Below are positions 8,128 through 14,955 of a stretch of DNA of 32,256 bases, in pieces. The notes beneath the pieces were generated by a model. That model saw only the letters and a list, made by a program, of their open reading frames with translations, was not told the DNA's origin and did no database searches. The position numbers and the translations under genes were made by a program. Numbering within the stretch: the first letter of the stretch is position 1; each line of letters begins with the position of its first letter. Origin of the DNA: Candidatus Woesearchaeota archaeon (GTDB lineage: Archaea > Nanobdellota > Nanobdellia > SCGC-AAA011-G17 > GW2011-AR20); assembly GCA_018302885.1 (NCBI GenBank), contig JAGVZC010000005.1, positions 1-32,256 of the forward strand, written 5' to 3'.

Positions 8128-8927
8128 ACAAAGAGGAAGTGATTAAAGAATTAAGAATAATTACAAAAGAAAGGGGCAAGTCCCCCACTAGAAGAAGTAT
8201 TCCATTAAAATTATATTATCACTGCATTAAACAATTTAAATATTTCAATGAAGCAAAAAAACAAGCAGGATTAAAATTATACAATAATAGATTCCTTGAG
8301 TTACCCCCTAGTTCTTATATTCAGGATAAAGATTTAGTTAGACTAGTCAGTTTTTTAACTTTTGATGGTCATTTATATAAAAGTTTAAACGCAATAATAT
8401 TAATATCTAAGTATAAAAATGAACTAAAAAAATATGAGAAATTAATTAAAAATAAATTTGGATTAAATGGAAATTACAGATTAAAAGCAGATGGTTTTGG
8501 TGAATCTTTTAATTATAGAGTTTACAGTAAAGAATTAGGTAAACTTCTAAATAAATTTGGAACTCCGAGAGGGGATAAGATGTTAACTCCTTTTGATGTT
8601 CCTAATTGGATTAAAGAAAACAAAGAATTCACTAGAGAATACTTAAAAGTTGCATTTTATTGCGAAGGGTGTAAATATAAAACCTCAGAAAATACAGAAA
8701 TAATACAATTTAATCTAAATAAAAGTGAAGAGTTACTAGAAGATGGTTTAAAATTCATTGAATCTTTAATTTATTTGCTTAAAGAGTTTAATATTGAAAC
8801 AACAAAAACATGGATTATGAAAGGGAATTTAAGAAAAAAGGATGGAAAAACAACAAAAATGATAAAATTTAAGATAAAGGCTAATAGTATCAATAAGTTT
8901 ATAAAAGAGATTGGTTGGATTAAATAA
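8124..8927 (+). CDS. Free-standing LAGLIDADG-type endonuclease-like protein with an N-terminal homing-endonuclease-associated repeat (HEAR)-like module
   Basis: The N-terminal KEEVIKELRIITKERGKSPTRRSI...FKYFNEAKKQAGL resembles HEAR. There are two LAGLIDADG-like blocks, LVSFLTFDGHLY and YLKVAFYCEGCKY. It shares an ATGA overlap with the TrmB-like gene. Confidence 0.55.
   Translation: MNKEEVIKELRIITKERGKSPTRRSIPLKLYYHCIKQFKYFNEAKKQAGLKLYNNRFLELPPSSYIQDKDLVRLVSFLTFDGHLYKSLNAIILISKYKNELKKYEKLIKNKFGLNGNYRLKADGFGESFNYRVYSKELGKLLNKFGTPRGDKMLTPFDVPNWIKENKEFTREYLKVAFYCEGCKYKTSENTEIIQFNLNKSEELLEDGLKFIESLIYLLKEFNIETTKTWIMKGNLRKKDGKTTKMIKFKIKANSINKFIKEIGWIK
8920..8927 (+). promoter_or_regulatory. TATA-like TTAAATAA, centred about 26 nt upstream of G8950
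   Basis: The spacing matches a transcript starting at GGGACTA (8950). The box overlaps the stop codon of the preceding gene. Confidence 0.35.
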
Positions 8928-8949
8928 ATGAGGTTAAAGCCCATAAGAT

Positions 8950-9042
8950 GGGACTAAGAAATTAGCATTTAGTTATGGGCTAACTTGGCTATGCTTCGAG
9001 GTTTGGGACCTCGCGATCTGGGTTCAAATCCCAGTAGCCCCA
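8950..9042 (+). tRNA. tRNA-Pro (anticodon TGG); positions 8-73 are contiguous at 8976..9042 and the 5' acceptor strand is displaced or absent
   Basis: I folded it by hand as: U8 G9; D stem GGCU/UGCU; D loop AACUUGGCUA; U26; anticodon stem CGAGG/CCUCG; loop UUUGGGA; variable loop CGAU; T stem CUGGG/CCCAG; T loop UUCAAAU; 3' acceptor UAGCCCC; discriminator A. The 7 nt before U8 do not pair. The best 5' strand is GGGACUA at 8950..8956, which lies 19 nt upstream and leaves one A-C mismatch. Confidence 0.6.
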
Positions 9043-9109
9043 TTTAAAATTAATAAAAAAATTTAAGAAAACTTTATAAAATCTATTACAAGAAAACTTA
9101 AATATTAAA

Positions 9110-9322
9110 ATGGCAACAAAAAAAGTAGGAACAACTGGCAGATTTGGAGCAAGATATGGTAAAACAGTAAAGAAAAAAGTTGCAGACATTGAAGCCAAGA
9201 TGAAAGTCTGGCATAAATGCCCTTACTGTAACAAACAAAAAGTTAAGAGGGAATTCGCCGGAGTTTGGAAATGCAGAAACTGCAAAGCAAAATTCACGGG
9301 TAAAGCTTATTTACCAAAATAA
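9110..9322 (+). CDS. rpl37ae: Ribosomal protein eL43 (L37Ae)
   Basis: Contains [18 protein letters not shown] and a zinc ribbon, CPYC...CRNC. Confidence 0.9.
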   Translation: MATKKVGTTGRFGARYGKTVKKKVADIEAKMKVWHKCPYCNKQKVKREFAGVWKCRNCKAKFTGKAYLPK

Positions 9323-9327
9323 AAAAA

Positions 9328-9465
9328 ATGGTATTACATAAATGTTTTGAATGCGACAAGGAAATAAAAGCTGAATACATCAAGAAAAAGATAAGATGCC
9401 CTTACTGCGGTTCTAAAATCATATACAAACCAAGAATTATAAGTTCTAAAGTTAAGGCAGAATGA
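9328..9465 (+). CDS. rpoP: DNA-directed RNA polymerase subunit P (Rpo12), 45 aa
   Basis: Too short for the ORF track; I translated it by hand as MVLHKCFECDKEIKAEYIKKKIRCPYCGSKIIYKPRIISSKVKAE. It matches the RpoP zinc ribbon and the RCPYCGxKI(I/L)YK pattern. It shares an ATGA overlap with the prefoldin gene. Confidence 0.8.
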   Translation: MVLHKCFECDKEIKAEYIKKKIRCPYCGSKIIYKPRIISSKVKAE

Positions 9466-9785
9466 ATAAAGAAACAGAGAAAAAGATTCAGCAGTTACAA
9501 TTGCTAGAGCAAAATCTATCAAATATAATCATGCAGAAACAGACTTTTCAGATGCATTTGATGGAAAATGAGAATGCACTCAAAGAACTGGAAAAAACAA
9601 ATAAAAATGCTTATAAAATAATTGGCACTATTATGATAAGTTCTGCAAAAGAGGATTTAAAAAAAGAATTAAAAGAACAAAAAGAAATTTTAGATCTAAG
9701 AATTAAAAATTTAGAAAAACAAGAGAAAAATTTCAAGGAAAAAGCCGAGGAAATTCAGAAAGAGGTTATGAAAGAAATAAAATGA
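9462..9785 (+). CDS. pfdB: Prefoldin beta subunit
   Basis: A coiled-coil / beta-hairpin / coiled-coil layout with QQLQLLEQNL...AYKIIGTIMISS...LEKQEK. It lies in the conserved rpl37ae-rpoP-pfdB neighbourhood. Confidence 0.8.
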   Translation: MNKETEKKIQQLQLLEQNLSNIIMQKQTFQMHLMENENALKELEKTNKNAYKIIGTIMISSAKEDLKKELKEQKEILDLRIKNLEKQEKNFKEKAEEIQKEVMKEIK

Positions 9786-10027
9786 ATGATCAACTAGACA
9801 ACATAAAGGAAATTCTTGGAGAAATAAAGGGGGATAATTCTGTTCCAAGGAATATAAGAGCAAAAATAGATGATATTATATGCCAAATAGGCAACAATGA
9901 CTGTGGGTTTGATATCAAAATAAGCAGGTTACTGAATGATTTGGAAGAGATAAGCGATGATGCCAACCTTCCAAGTTATATAAGAACAGAGATACTAATG
10001 ACCATAGGCATATTAAGTGAGATATGA
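9782..10027 (+). CDS. UPF0147-family small protein
   Basis: Contains DNSVPRNIRAKIDD and LEEISDDANLPSYIRTEI, which resemble the UPF0147 blocks that usually follow archaeal pfdB. Confidence 0.65.
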   Translation: MNDQLDNIKEILGEIKGDNSVPRNIRAKIDDIICQIGNNDCGFDIKISRLLNDLEEISDDANLPSYIRTEILMTIGILSEI

Positions 10028-10047
10028 TATAAAACAAAATAGAAATA

Positions 10048-10055
10048 TTTATATA
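10048..10055 (+). promoter_or_regulatory. TATA box TTTATATA, about 28 nt upstream of the sepF ATG (10080)
   Basis: The motif and spacing support the internal ATG rather than the ORF-track start at 10017. Confidence 0.45.
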
Positions 10056-10079
10056 ATTTGTTGTTATTTAAAAAGTAAA

Positions 10080-10454
10080 ATGAGAAATTGGTTATCAAAA
10101 ATGATGGGTAAAAGTGATTTGCCTGAAGAGTTGAATGATGATTATGTAGAGATTGATACTAATGTGACAAAATCTGGCAAGACTAAGATTAGTGTAAGGC
10201 CTTTTATTGTTCAGGACTTTGGGGATATCAAACCAATACTGGACTGTTTAAGGGAAGGAATGACTATTTCTTTGATTAATATTAAACAGTTAAAAGAAAG
10301 GGACATTGTAGAATTAAAGAGAGCTGTAAACAAATTAAAGAAAACATGCGACGCTATTGAAGGCGATATTGCTGGATTTGGAGAGGACTGGATTGTTGTA
10401 ACTCCAAGCTTTGCACAGATTCACAGAGCTAACACTGAAGAAGTAGAAGAATAG
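10080..10454 (+). CDS. sepF: Cell division protein SepF (DUF552-type FtsZ anchor)
   Basis: Contains YVEIDTN...ISVRPFIVQDFGDIKPILDCLREGMTISLINIKQL...CDAIEGDIAGFGEDWIVVTP, matching the SepF core. I chose the start at MRNWLSK. Confidence 0.75.
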   Translation: MRNWLSKMMGKSDLPEELNDDYVEIDTNVTKSGKTKISVRPFIVQDFGDIKPILDCLREGMTISLINIKQLKERDIVELKRAVNKLKKTCDAIEGDIAGFGEDWIVVTPSFAQIHRANTEEVEE

Positions 10455-10455
10455 T

Positions 10456-10463
10456 TTTATAAA
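10456..10463 (+). promoter_or_regulatory. TATA box TTTATAAA, about 26 nt upstream of the ZPR1-like gene
   Basis: Motif plus spacing to the ATG at 10486. Confidence 0.5.
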
Positions 10464-10485
10464 TTTTCTTTATAATTTATTTATT

Positions 10486-11010
10486 ATGGAAGAAATCAAG
10501 AATCAACCTTGTCCTTTTTGCAATAAAAAAACGCTAACATTAATAGAAGAAGAAAAGGATATTCCTTATTTTGGTAAATGCTATCTAATGTCCATGAGAT
10601 GTGAAAATTGCAGTTATTACAAATCAGACATTGAGTCTGTTGAGCAAAAAGACCCTATAAAATATGAATTTACTGTAAAAGATAAAAAAGACCTGAATGT
10701 AAGGGTGGTTAAAGGCTCTAACGCAACTGTTAAAATTCCTAATTTAAGGATGAGCATAGAACCTGCAATAGCTTCTATAGGTTATATAACCAATGTTGAG
10801 GGGATTATAAGAAGGTTCAAGAAAATAATAGAGGATCAGAGAGATATTGCAGAGGATGATTCAACAAAGAAATCAGCAAAGAATTTATTGAAAAAATTAT
10901 GGAAGATAGAGAATGGCGAGGAGGAAATGAAGATTGTAATTGAAGATCCCTCCGGAAACTCCGCAATAATTTCTGACAAAGCAATTATAAGCAAATTAAA
11001 GAAAAAATGA
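10486..11010 (+). CDS. ZPR1-type zinc-finger protein
   Basis: Contains CPFCNKKTL...IPYFGKCYLMSMRCENCSY followed by a beta-rich domain, which is the archaeal single ZPR1 module. Confidence 0.75.
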   Translation: MEEIKNQPCPFCNKKTLTLIEEEKDIPYFGKCYLMSMRCENCSYYKSDIESVEQKDPIKYEFTVKDKKDLNVRVVKGSNATVKIPNLRMSIEPAIASIGYITNVEGIIRRFKKIIEDQRDIAEDDSTKKSAKNLLKKLWKIENGEEEMKIVIEDPSGNSAIISDKAIISKLKKK

Positions 11011-11678
11011 AGATTTTAGTGGGGTGCCCTACTTCAAATCACAAGGAATACTCATTAAAAGAATATTTAGAAGGGGTTAAGAAATTAAGTTATGAGAATA
11101 TTCATTTTGTTCTTGTTGACAATTCTGAAACAAGCAATTATTATGAAAAACTAAAAAGCCTTGGTGTAAGTGTGATAAAAGACAAATACAAGGAAAGTGC
11201 AAAAGAAAGGGTAATTAATTCAAGAAATATTTTAAGAAGATATTTTCTGGAGAATGATTATGATTATTTTTTAAGCCTTGAGCAGGATGTTGTTCCTCCA
11301 AAAGATGTCATTGAAAAATTATTAAGCCACAATAAAGATATTGTTGGCGGATTATATTTTTATCTTGGAGATGATAATAAAACTTTATTGCCTATGGTAT
11401 GGATTCATCATGAAGGAGAATATGCAAGAAGATTAAGATTCAGCGAAGTTCCAAAAGATGAGCTAATTGAAGTCATAACATGTGGCCTGGGTTGCGTCCT
11501 GATAAAAAGAGATGTTCTTGAGAATATAAAATTTCGATATGAAAAAGGCAAAGAACCATGGGATGATCTCTGGTTTTGCGAAGATGCAAGAGCAAAAGGT
11601 TTTAAAGTATATGTTGATACATCAGCCAAGTGCAAGCATTTTGTTAAAGGAATGGACTGGAGCAAAATAAAAAAATGA
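11007..11678 (+). CDS. Glycosyltransferase, GT-A fold (family 2-like)
   Basis: Contains ILVGCPT...FVLVDNS, an acidic LEQDV motif, GGLYF, GLGCVLIKRDV and WFCEDARAKGF. Confidence 0.6.
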   Translation: MKILVGCPTSNHKEYSLKEYLEGVKKLSYENIHFVLVDNSETSNYYEKLKSLGVSVIKDKYKESAKERVINSRNILRRYFLENDYDYFLSLEQDVVPPKDVIEKLLSHNKDIVGGLYFYLGDDNKTLLPMVWIHHEGEYARRLRFSEVPKDELIEVITCGLGCVLIKRDVLENIKFRYEKGKEPWDDLWFCEDARAKGFKVYVDTSAKCKHFVKGMDWSKIKK

Positions 11679-12283
11679 AAATAATGTTCATTGAAGCAAA
11701 GAATAAGGAAGACATAACTTCTGTAGTAAAAAAATCATTAAACAAAGTCAAAGGAAAGGTTGGTTTGGTAAGCTCTGTTCAGTATCTTAATCAACTGCCA
11801 AAAGCACAGGAAATGATTAAAGATTCCGTCATGGTCGGGCAGGTTTTGGGATGCAACATGAGCAACCCAATGATCCATAAAAGAAAAGTTGATATGTTTC
11901 TTTTCATAGGAAGCGCTTATTTTTATCCAATATACTTAGCATACAAGACAAAAAAAAGAGTTTTGATTGCCAATCCTATGACAAATGAAGTTTCCGAAGT
12001 AAAAAAGCAGGATGTTGATGATTATGAAAAAAAATTAAGAGGCAAACAAGCAAAATTCCTGATGTCAAAAACAAAAGGAGTAATAGTTTCAACAAAACCC
12101 GGGCAGGAAAGATTGAAGGAAGCACTGAAATTAAATTATCCTGTATTTATCTGCAATGATCTGGATGGAAATGAGCTGGAAAATTTCAGCGGGATTGATT
12201 TTTGGATTAACACCGCATGCAATCGAATAGAAGGCAAAAACATTATAAATTTAGAAGACTTGCCTAAAAGTAATGAAAAGTGA
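11675..12283 (+). CDS. dph2: Dph2-like diphthamide synthesis protein, N-terminally short (202 aa)
   Basis: VGQVLGCN, LFIGSAYFYPIYLA, GVIVSTKPGQ and INTACNRI align with domains 2-3 of archaeal Dph2. No room exists for a domain-1 equivalent because the GT gene overlaps the start. Confidence 0.6.
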   Translation: MKIMFIEAKNKEDITSVVKKSLNKVKGKVGLVSSVQYLNQLPKAQEMIKDSVMVGQVLGCNMSNPMIHKRKVDMFLFIGSAYFYPIYLAYKTKKRVLIANPMTNEVSEVKKQDVDDYEKKLRGKQAKFLMSKTKGVIVSTKPGQERLKEALKLNYPVFICNDLDGNELENFSGIDFWINTACNRIEGKNIINLEDLPKSNEK

Positions 12284-13568
12284 AGAAATACTCAACATAG
12301 CAAGCAAAAGAGGTTTCTTTTTTCCTTCTGGCGAGATTTACGGCGCCAAATCAGGGTTCTGGACATACGGGCATCTAGGAACAATAATGAAGCATAAATT
12401 TGAAGATTTATGGAGAAATTATTTTCTGAAATTAAACGACAATTACTTTGAAATTGAAGATGTAAACATACTAAGCGAGGATGTATTCAAGAATTCCGGG
12501 CACCTGAAGCATTTTCATGATCCCCTGGAAGAAAATGGAAAAACTGAAAACTTTAATTTGATGTTTGGATTAAAAGTTGGAGTCAAGGGTGATGAAATGA
12601 TGTATTTAAGACCTGAAACTGCGCAAAGCCCTTACATTGCTTTCAAAAATGAGTTCATGGCATTAAGAGAAAGACTGCCAATGGGTCTGGCGATAATAGG
12701 AAAAGCATTTAGAAATGAAATAAATCCAAGACAGGGTTTTTTCAGATTAAGGGAATTCACACAGGCTGAATTGCAGATATTTTTTGATGGCAATAACCTT
12801 GATGTTAATTTTGATGAGATAAAAGATTACAAATTAAGAATTTCAGACAAAGAAATTAAATGCAAGGATATCAAGGAACCAAAATTTTATGTTTATCATC
12901 TTGCAAAGATCCAGCAGTTTTACCTTGATCTACTGGGAATTCCAAAAGAAAAATTCAGATTCAGAAAACTTGACAACAATGAAAAAGCATTCTACAACAA
13001 GGTGCATTATGATCTTGAACTTAAAATGGACACTTTAAACGGCTTCAAGGAAATTGGCGGACTGCATTACAGGACAGATTATGACATGAAAAACCACAAT
13101 ATGAGCATTAACTATGATGGAAAAAAAATATATCCTCATGTCCTTGAATTAAGCTTTGGTGTTGACAGGAATATCTGGGGTTTAATGGATATTTTTTACA
13201 AGAAAGAAAAAGAAAGAAGCTTATTTTTATTTAATAAAAAAGTTTCTCCGGTTGAGGTTGCCGTATTTCCATTGGTTAACAAAGATAAAATCCCGGAAAA
13301 AGCAAAAGAAATCTATGAATCAGTAAAGAATGAATTCAATTGTTTTTATGACAGCAAGGGTTCAATAGGAAAAATGTACAGGAGAATGGATGAAATAGGA
13401 TGCAATGCAATGATAACCGTCGATCATGAAAGTTTGAAGAATAATGATGTGACTCTAAGAGACAGGGATTCAATGAAACAGATAAGGGTTAAAATAAGCG
13501 AGCTAAAAGAAACATTGAATAAATTTCTTGATGGTGTTGACATAAAAAAATTAGGAAAATTAATCTAA
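12273..13568 (+). CDS. glyS: Glycyl-tRNA synthetase (archaeal/eukaryotic-type class II), compact form
   Basis: Contains RGFFFPSGEIYGAKSGFWTYGHLG, YLRPETAQ, FRNEINPRQGFFRLREFTQAE and an anticodon-binding C-terminus. Confidence 0.9.
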   Translation: MKSEEILNIASKRGFFFPSGEIYGAKSGFWTYGHLGTIMKHKFEDLWRNYFLKLNDNYFEIEDVNILSEDVFKNSGHLKHFHDPLEENGKTENFNLMFGLKVGVKGDEMMYLRPETAQSPYIAFKNEFMALRERLPMGLAIIGKAFRNEINPRQGFFRLREFTQAELQIFFDGNNLDVNFDEIKDYKLRISDKEIKCKDIKEPKFYVYHLAKIQQFYLDLLGIPKEKFRFRKLDNNEKAFYNKVHYDLELKMDTLNGFKEIGGLHYRTDYDMKNHNMSINYDGKKIYPHVLELSFGVDRNIWGLMDIFYKKEKERSLFLFNKKVSPVEVAVFPLVNKDKIPEKAKEIYESVKNEFNCFYDSKGSIGKMYRRMDEIGCNAMITVDHESLKNNDVTLRDRDSMKQIRVKISELKETLNKFLDGVDIKKLGKLI

Positions 13569-13816
13569 TTCTTATTAAGGAGGAAATAATTAACCAATGA
13601 TATAATTAGATAAGTAAATAAAAAAATTACCGGATATGATATTATAAATGCAAGAAAGGAGGCAAACAAATATATTAAATTTATTTCAAAATTAAATATA
13701 ATTCCGCTATAAGTCCCCTGAGCAGATGTAATTATCAGGGAAAGTATTATTGAAACCATCAGCGATATTTTAGATGCAAAAGGTACAATTTGTATGATAT
13801 GCAATCTATTTCCCAT
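13565..13816 (-). CDS. Small hydrophobic membrane protein (83 aa), hypothetical
   Basis: It has three predicted hydrophobic helices and overlaps the upstream gene by 11 nt. Confidence 0.4.
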   Translation of the reverse strand: MGNRLHIIQIVPFASKISLMVSIILSLIITSAQGTYSGIIFNFEINLIYLFASFLAFIISYPVIFLFTYLIISLVNYFLLNKN

Positions 13817-14570
13817 AATAAAATCCTCTTCTGGTCTTTGCCATTACAATTTTTGTTAAATCTTCATCAAAAAGATCTATCGGAGTGGCATATTTGTAAT
13901 CTTTACCATTAAATTTCAATGAGTGGTATAAACTTGCTGCATAAGATGAGCATACCAGTTCATCATCCTTTATTTTATAATTCAAATTTATTCCCGTTGC
14001 CCTTGAAAACACTATCAATAACCCATTCCTGAAGCTGTATTTTATATTTTTATTCTTCAAATCAATATTTGTCTTTTCTATTGCTTCATTTCTGACTTCC
14101 TCACTGACAATAGGCCTTAATACTATGAAATAATAAGAGTTCGTGAAATAAATAGTAAAATTTTCCTCATCCACACCCTTCAATGACAATGAATTCATCC
14201 TTCCATCTCCGACATAAACAAAACTATGCCAGTAATTGCCTTCACCCATGGAATCAATCAAGAACTCAAAAATATTGTAATACAAAAAGAAAATAAACCT
14301 GTTATTTATTGTTTCATCAAACTGCTGCTGATAAATGTACCTGTCACCGTATGAAATTGGTTTATCCAGGATTATATCCCCCGATTTCAATTCATTCAGG
14401 GATATTCTATATATTTCCTCATTATCCAATAATCTATAATTTAAATTCTCAATTCTTTCTTCTGTATAAAATTTAGGATGAAAAAACAAGAAAGTTAAAA
14501 AAACTATCAAGAAGAAAAACAAACCCCAGAACAGGAATTTTCTTGAACTTCTTTCGAATAGATTAAACAT
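13806..14570 (-). CDS. Membrane-anchored protein, possibly a permuted papain-like (NlpC/P60, YiiX-type) hydrolase
   Basis: An N-terminal TM helix, then SGDIILDK...WHSFVYVGDGRMNS...ELVCSSYAASLYH. The His-before-Cys order matches permuted NlpC/P60. The assignment is weak. Confidence 0.4.
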   Translation of the reverse strand: MFNLFERSSRKFLFWGLFFFLIVFLTFLFFHPKFYTEERIENLNYRLLDNEEIYRISLNELKSGDIILDKPISYGDRYIYQQQFDETINNRFIFFLYYNIFEFLIDSMGEGNYWHSFVYVGDGRMNSLSLKGVDEENFTIYFTNSYYFIVLRPIVSEEVRNEAIEKTNIDLKNKNIKYSFRNGLLIVFSRATGINLNYKIKDDELVCSSYAASLYHSLKFNGKDYKYATPIDLFDEDLTKIVMAKTRRGFYYGK

Positions 14571-14616
14571 ACTTATTTAATCATTTAATTTTTTAAAAAG
14601 GTTTTCAAATGACAAA

Positions 14617-14625
14617 TTTTATAAA
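14617..14625 (+). promoter_or_regulatory. TATA box TTTTATAAA, about 26 nt upstream of the SRP RNA 5' end
   Basis: Motif plus spacing to 14647. Confidence 0.5.
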
Positions 14626-14646
14626 GAGAATTTCCAAGTTAATATT

Positions 14647-14914
14647 GTAGACTAGGCTGGCGGGTTAATCCTCCGCTGCAACTGTAAATGGATTCTGACA
14701 GAGCTGAAACTCAGGGAGAGGTTTAGACTTCAAGTATTAGTCTTGATTCGGACTGTGAAACCTTGTCCTGTAGGGTTGGTCTATATGTGAATCAGGTCAG
14801 ACCTTGACGGGAGCAGCCTTAAGCGTGTAGATTGGCGCTTATAGGGAAGCAGGGAGGAGAAAGTTTCAAGGTAGCTGATATTTGTTTTCTATATCAATTT
14901 CTGGGTGCGTCTAC
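14647..14914 (+). ncRNA. ffs: Signal recognition particle RNA (7S/SRP RNA)
   Basis: A GC-enriched island with no ORF. The 5' GTAGAC pairs with GTCTAC at the 3' end. The 5' motif ACUAGGCUGGCGGG and the helix-8 motif AUCAGGUCAGACCUUGACGGGAGCAGCC resemble the conserved CAGGUC...GGAA...GGAGCAGCC core. The ends are approximate. Confidence 0.8.
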
Positions 14915-14955
14915 ATTAAAACTTTTAAGAAAAGTTTTATAAAAAAAGAAAAAAA

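Noticed and set aside
8957-8975. Canonical BHB intron model for the 19-nt spacer in tRNA-Pro
   Set aside because: I tested all three equivalent splice registers. None gives a 4-bp central helix flanked by 3-nt bulges and an inner stem, so only a non-BHB or alternative explanation remains (kept as an open finding).
8976-9042. Reading UGGGCUA (8976..8982) as the 5' acceptor strand of tRNA-Pro
   Set aside because: It pairs with 6 of 7 acceptor positions. However, it leaves only 14 nt for positions 8-26 with no foldable D arm, and it consumes the nucleotides that otherwise form a canonical U8-G9-D stem.
8989-9198. 69-aa minus-strand ORF
   Set aside because: It spans the tRNA-Pro T-arm and is antisense to the rpl37ae start. 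It has no coding features.
10017-10079. Upstream start (MRYDIKQNRNIYIICCYLKSK) for sepF
   Set aside because: The extension overlaps the previous gene's end and contains the TATA box. The SepF homology begins after the ATG at 10080.
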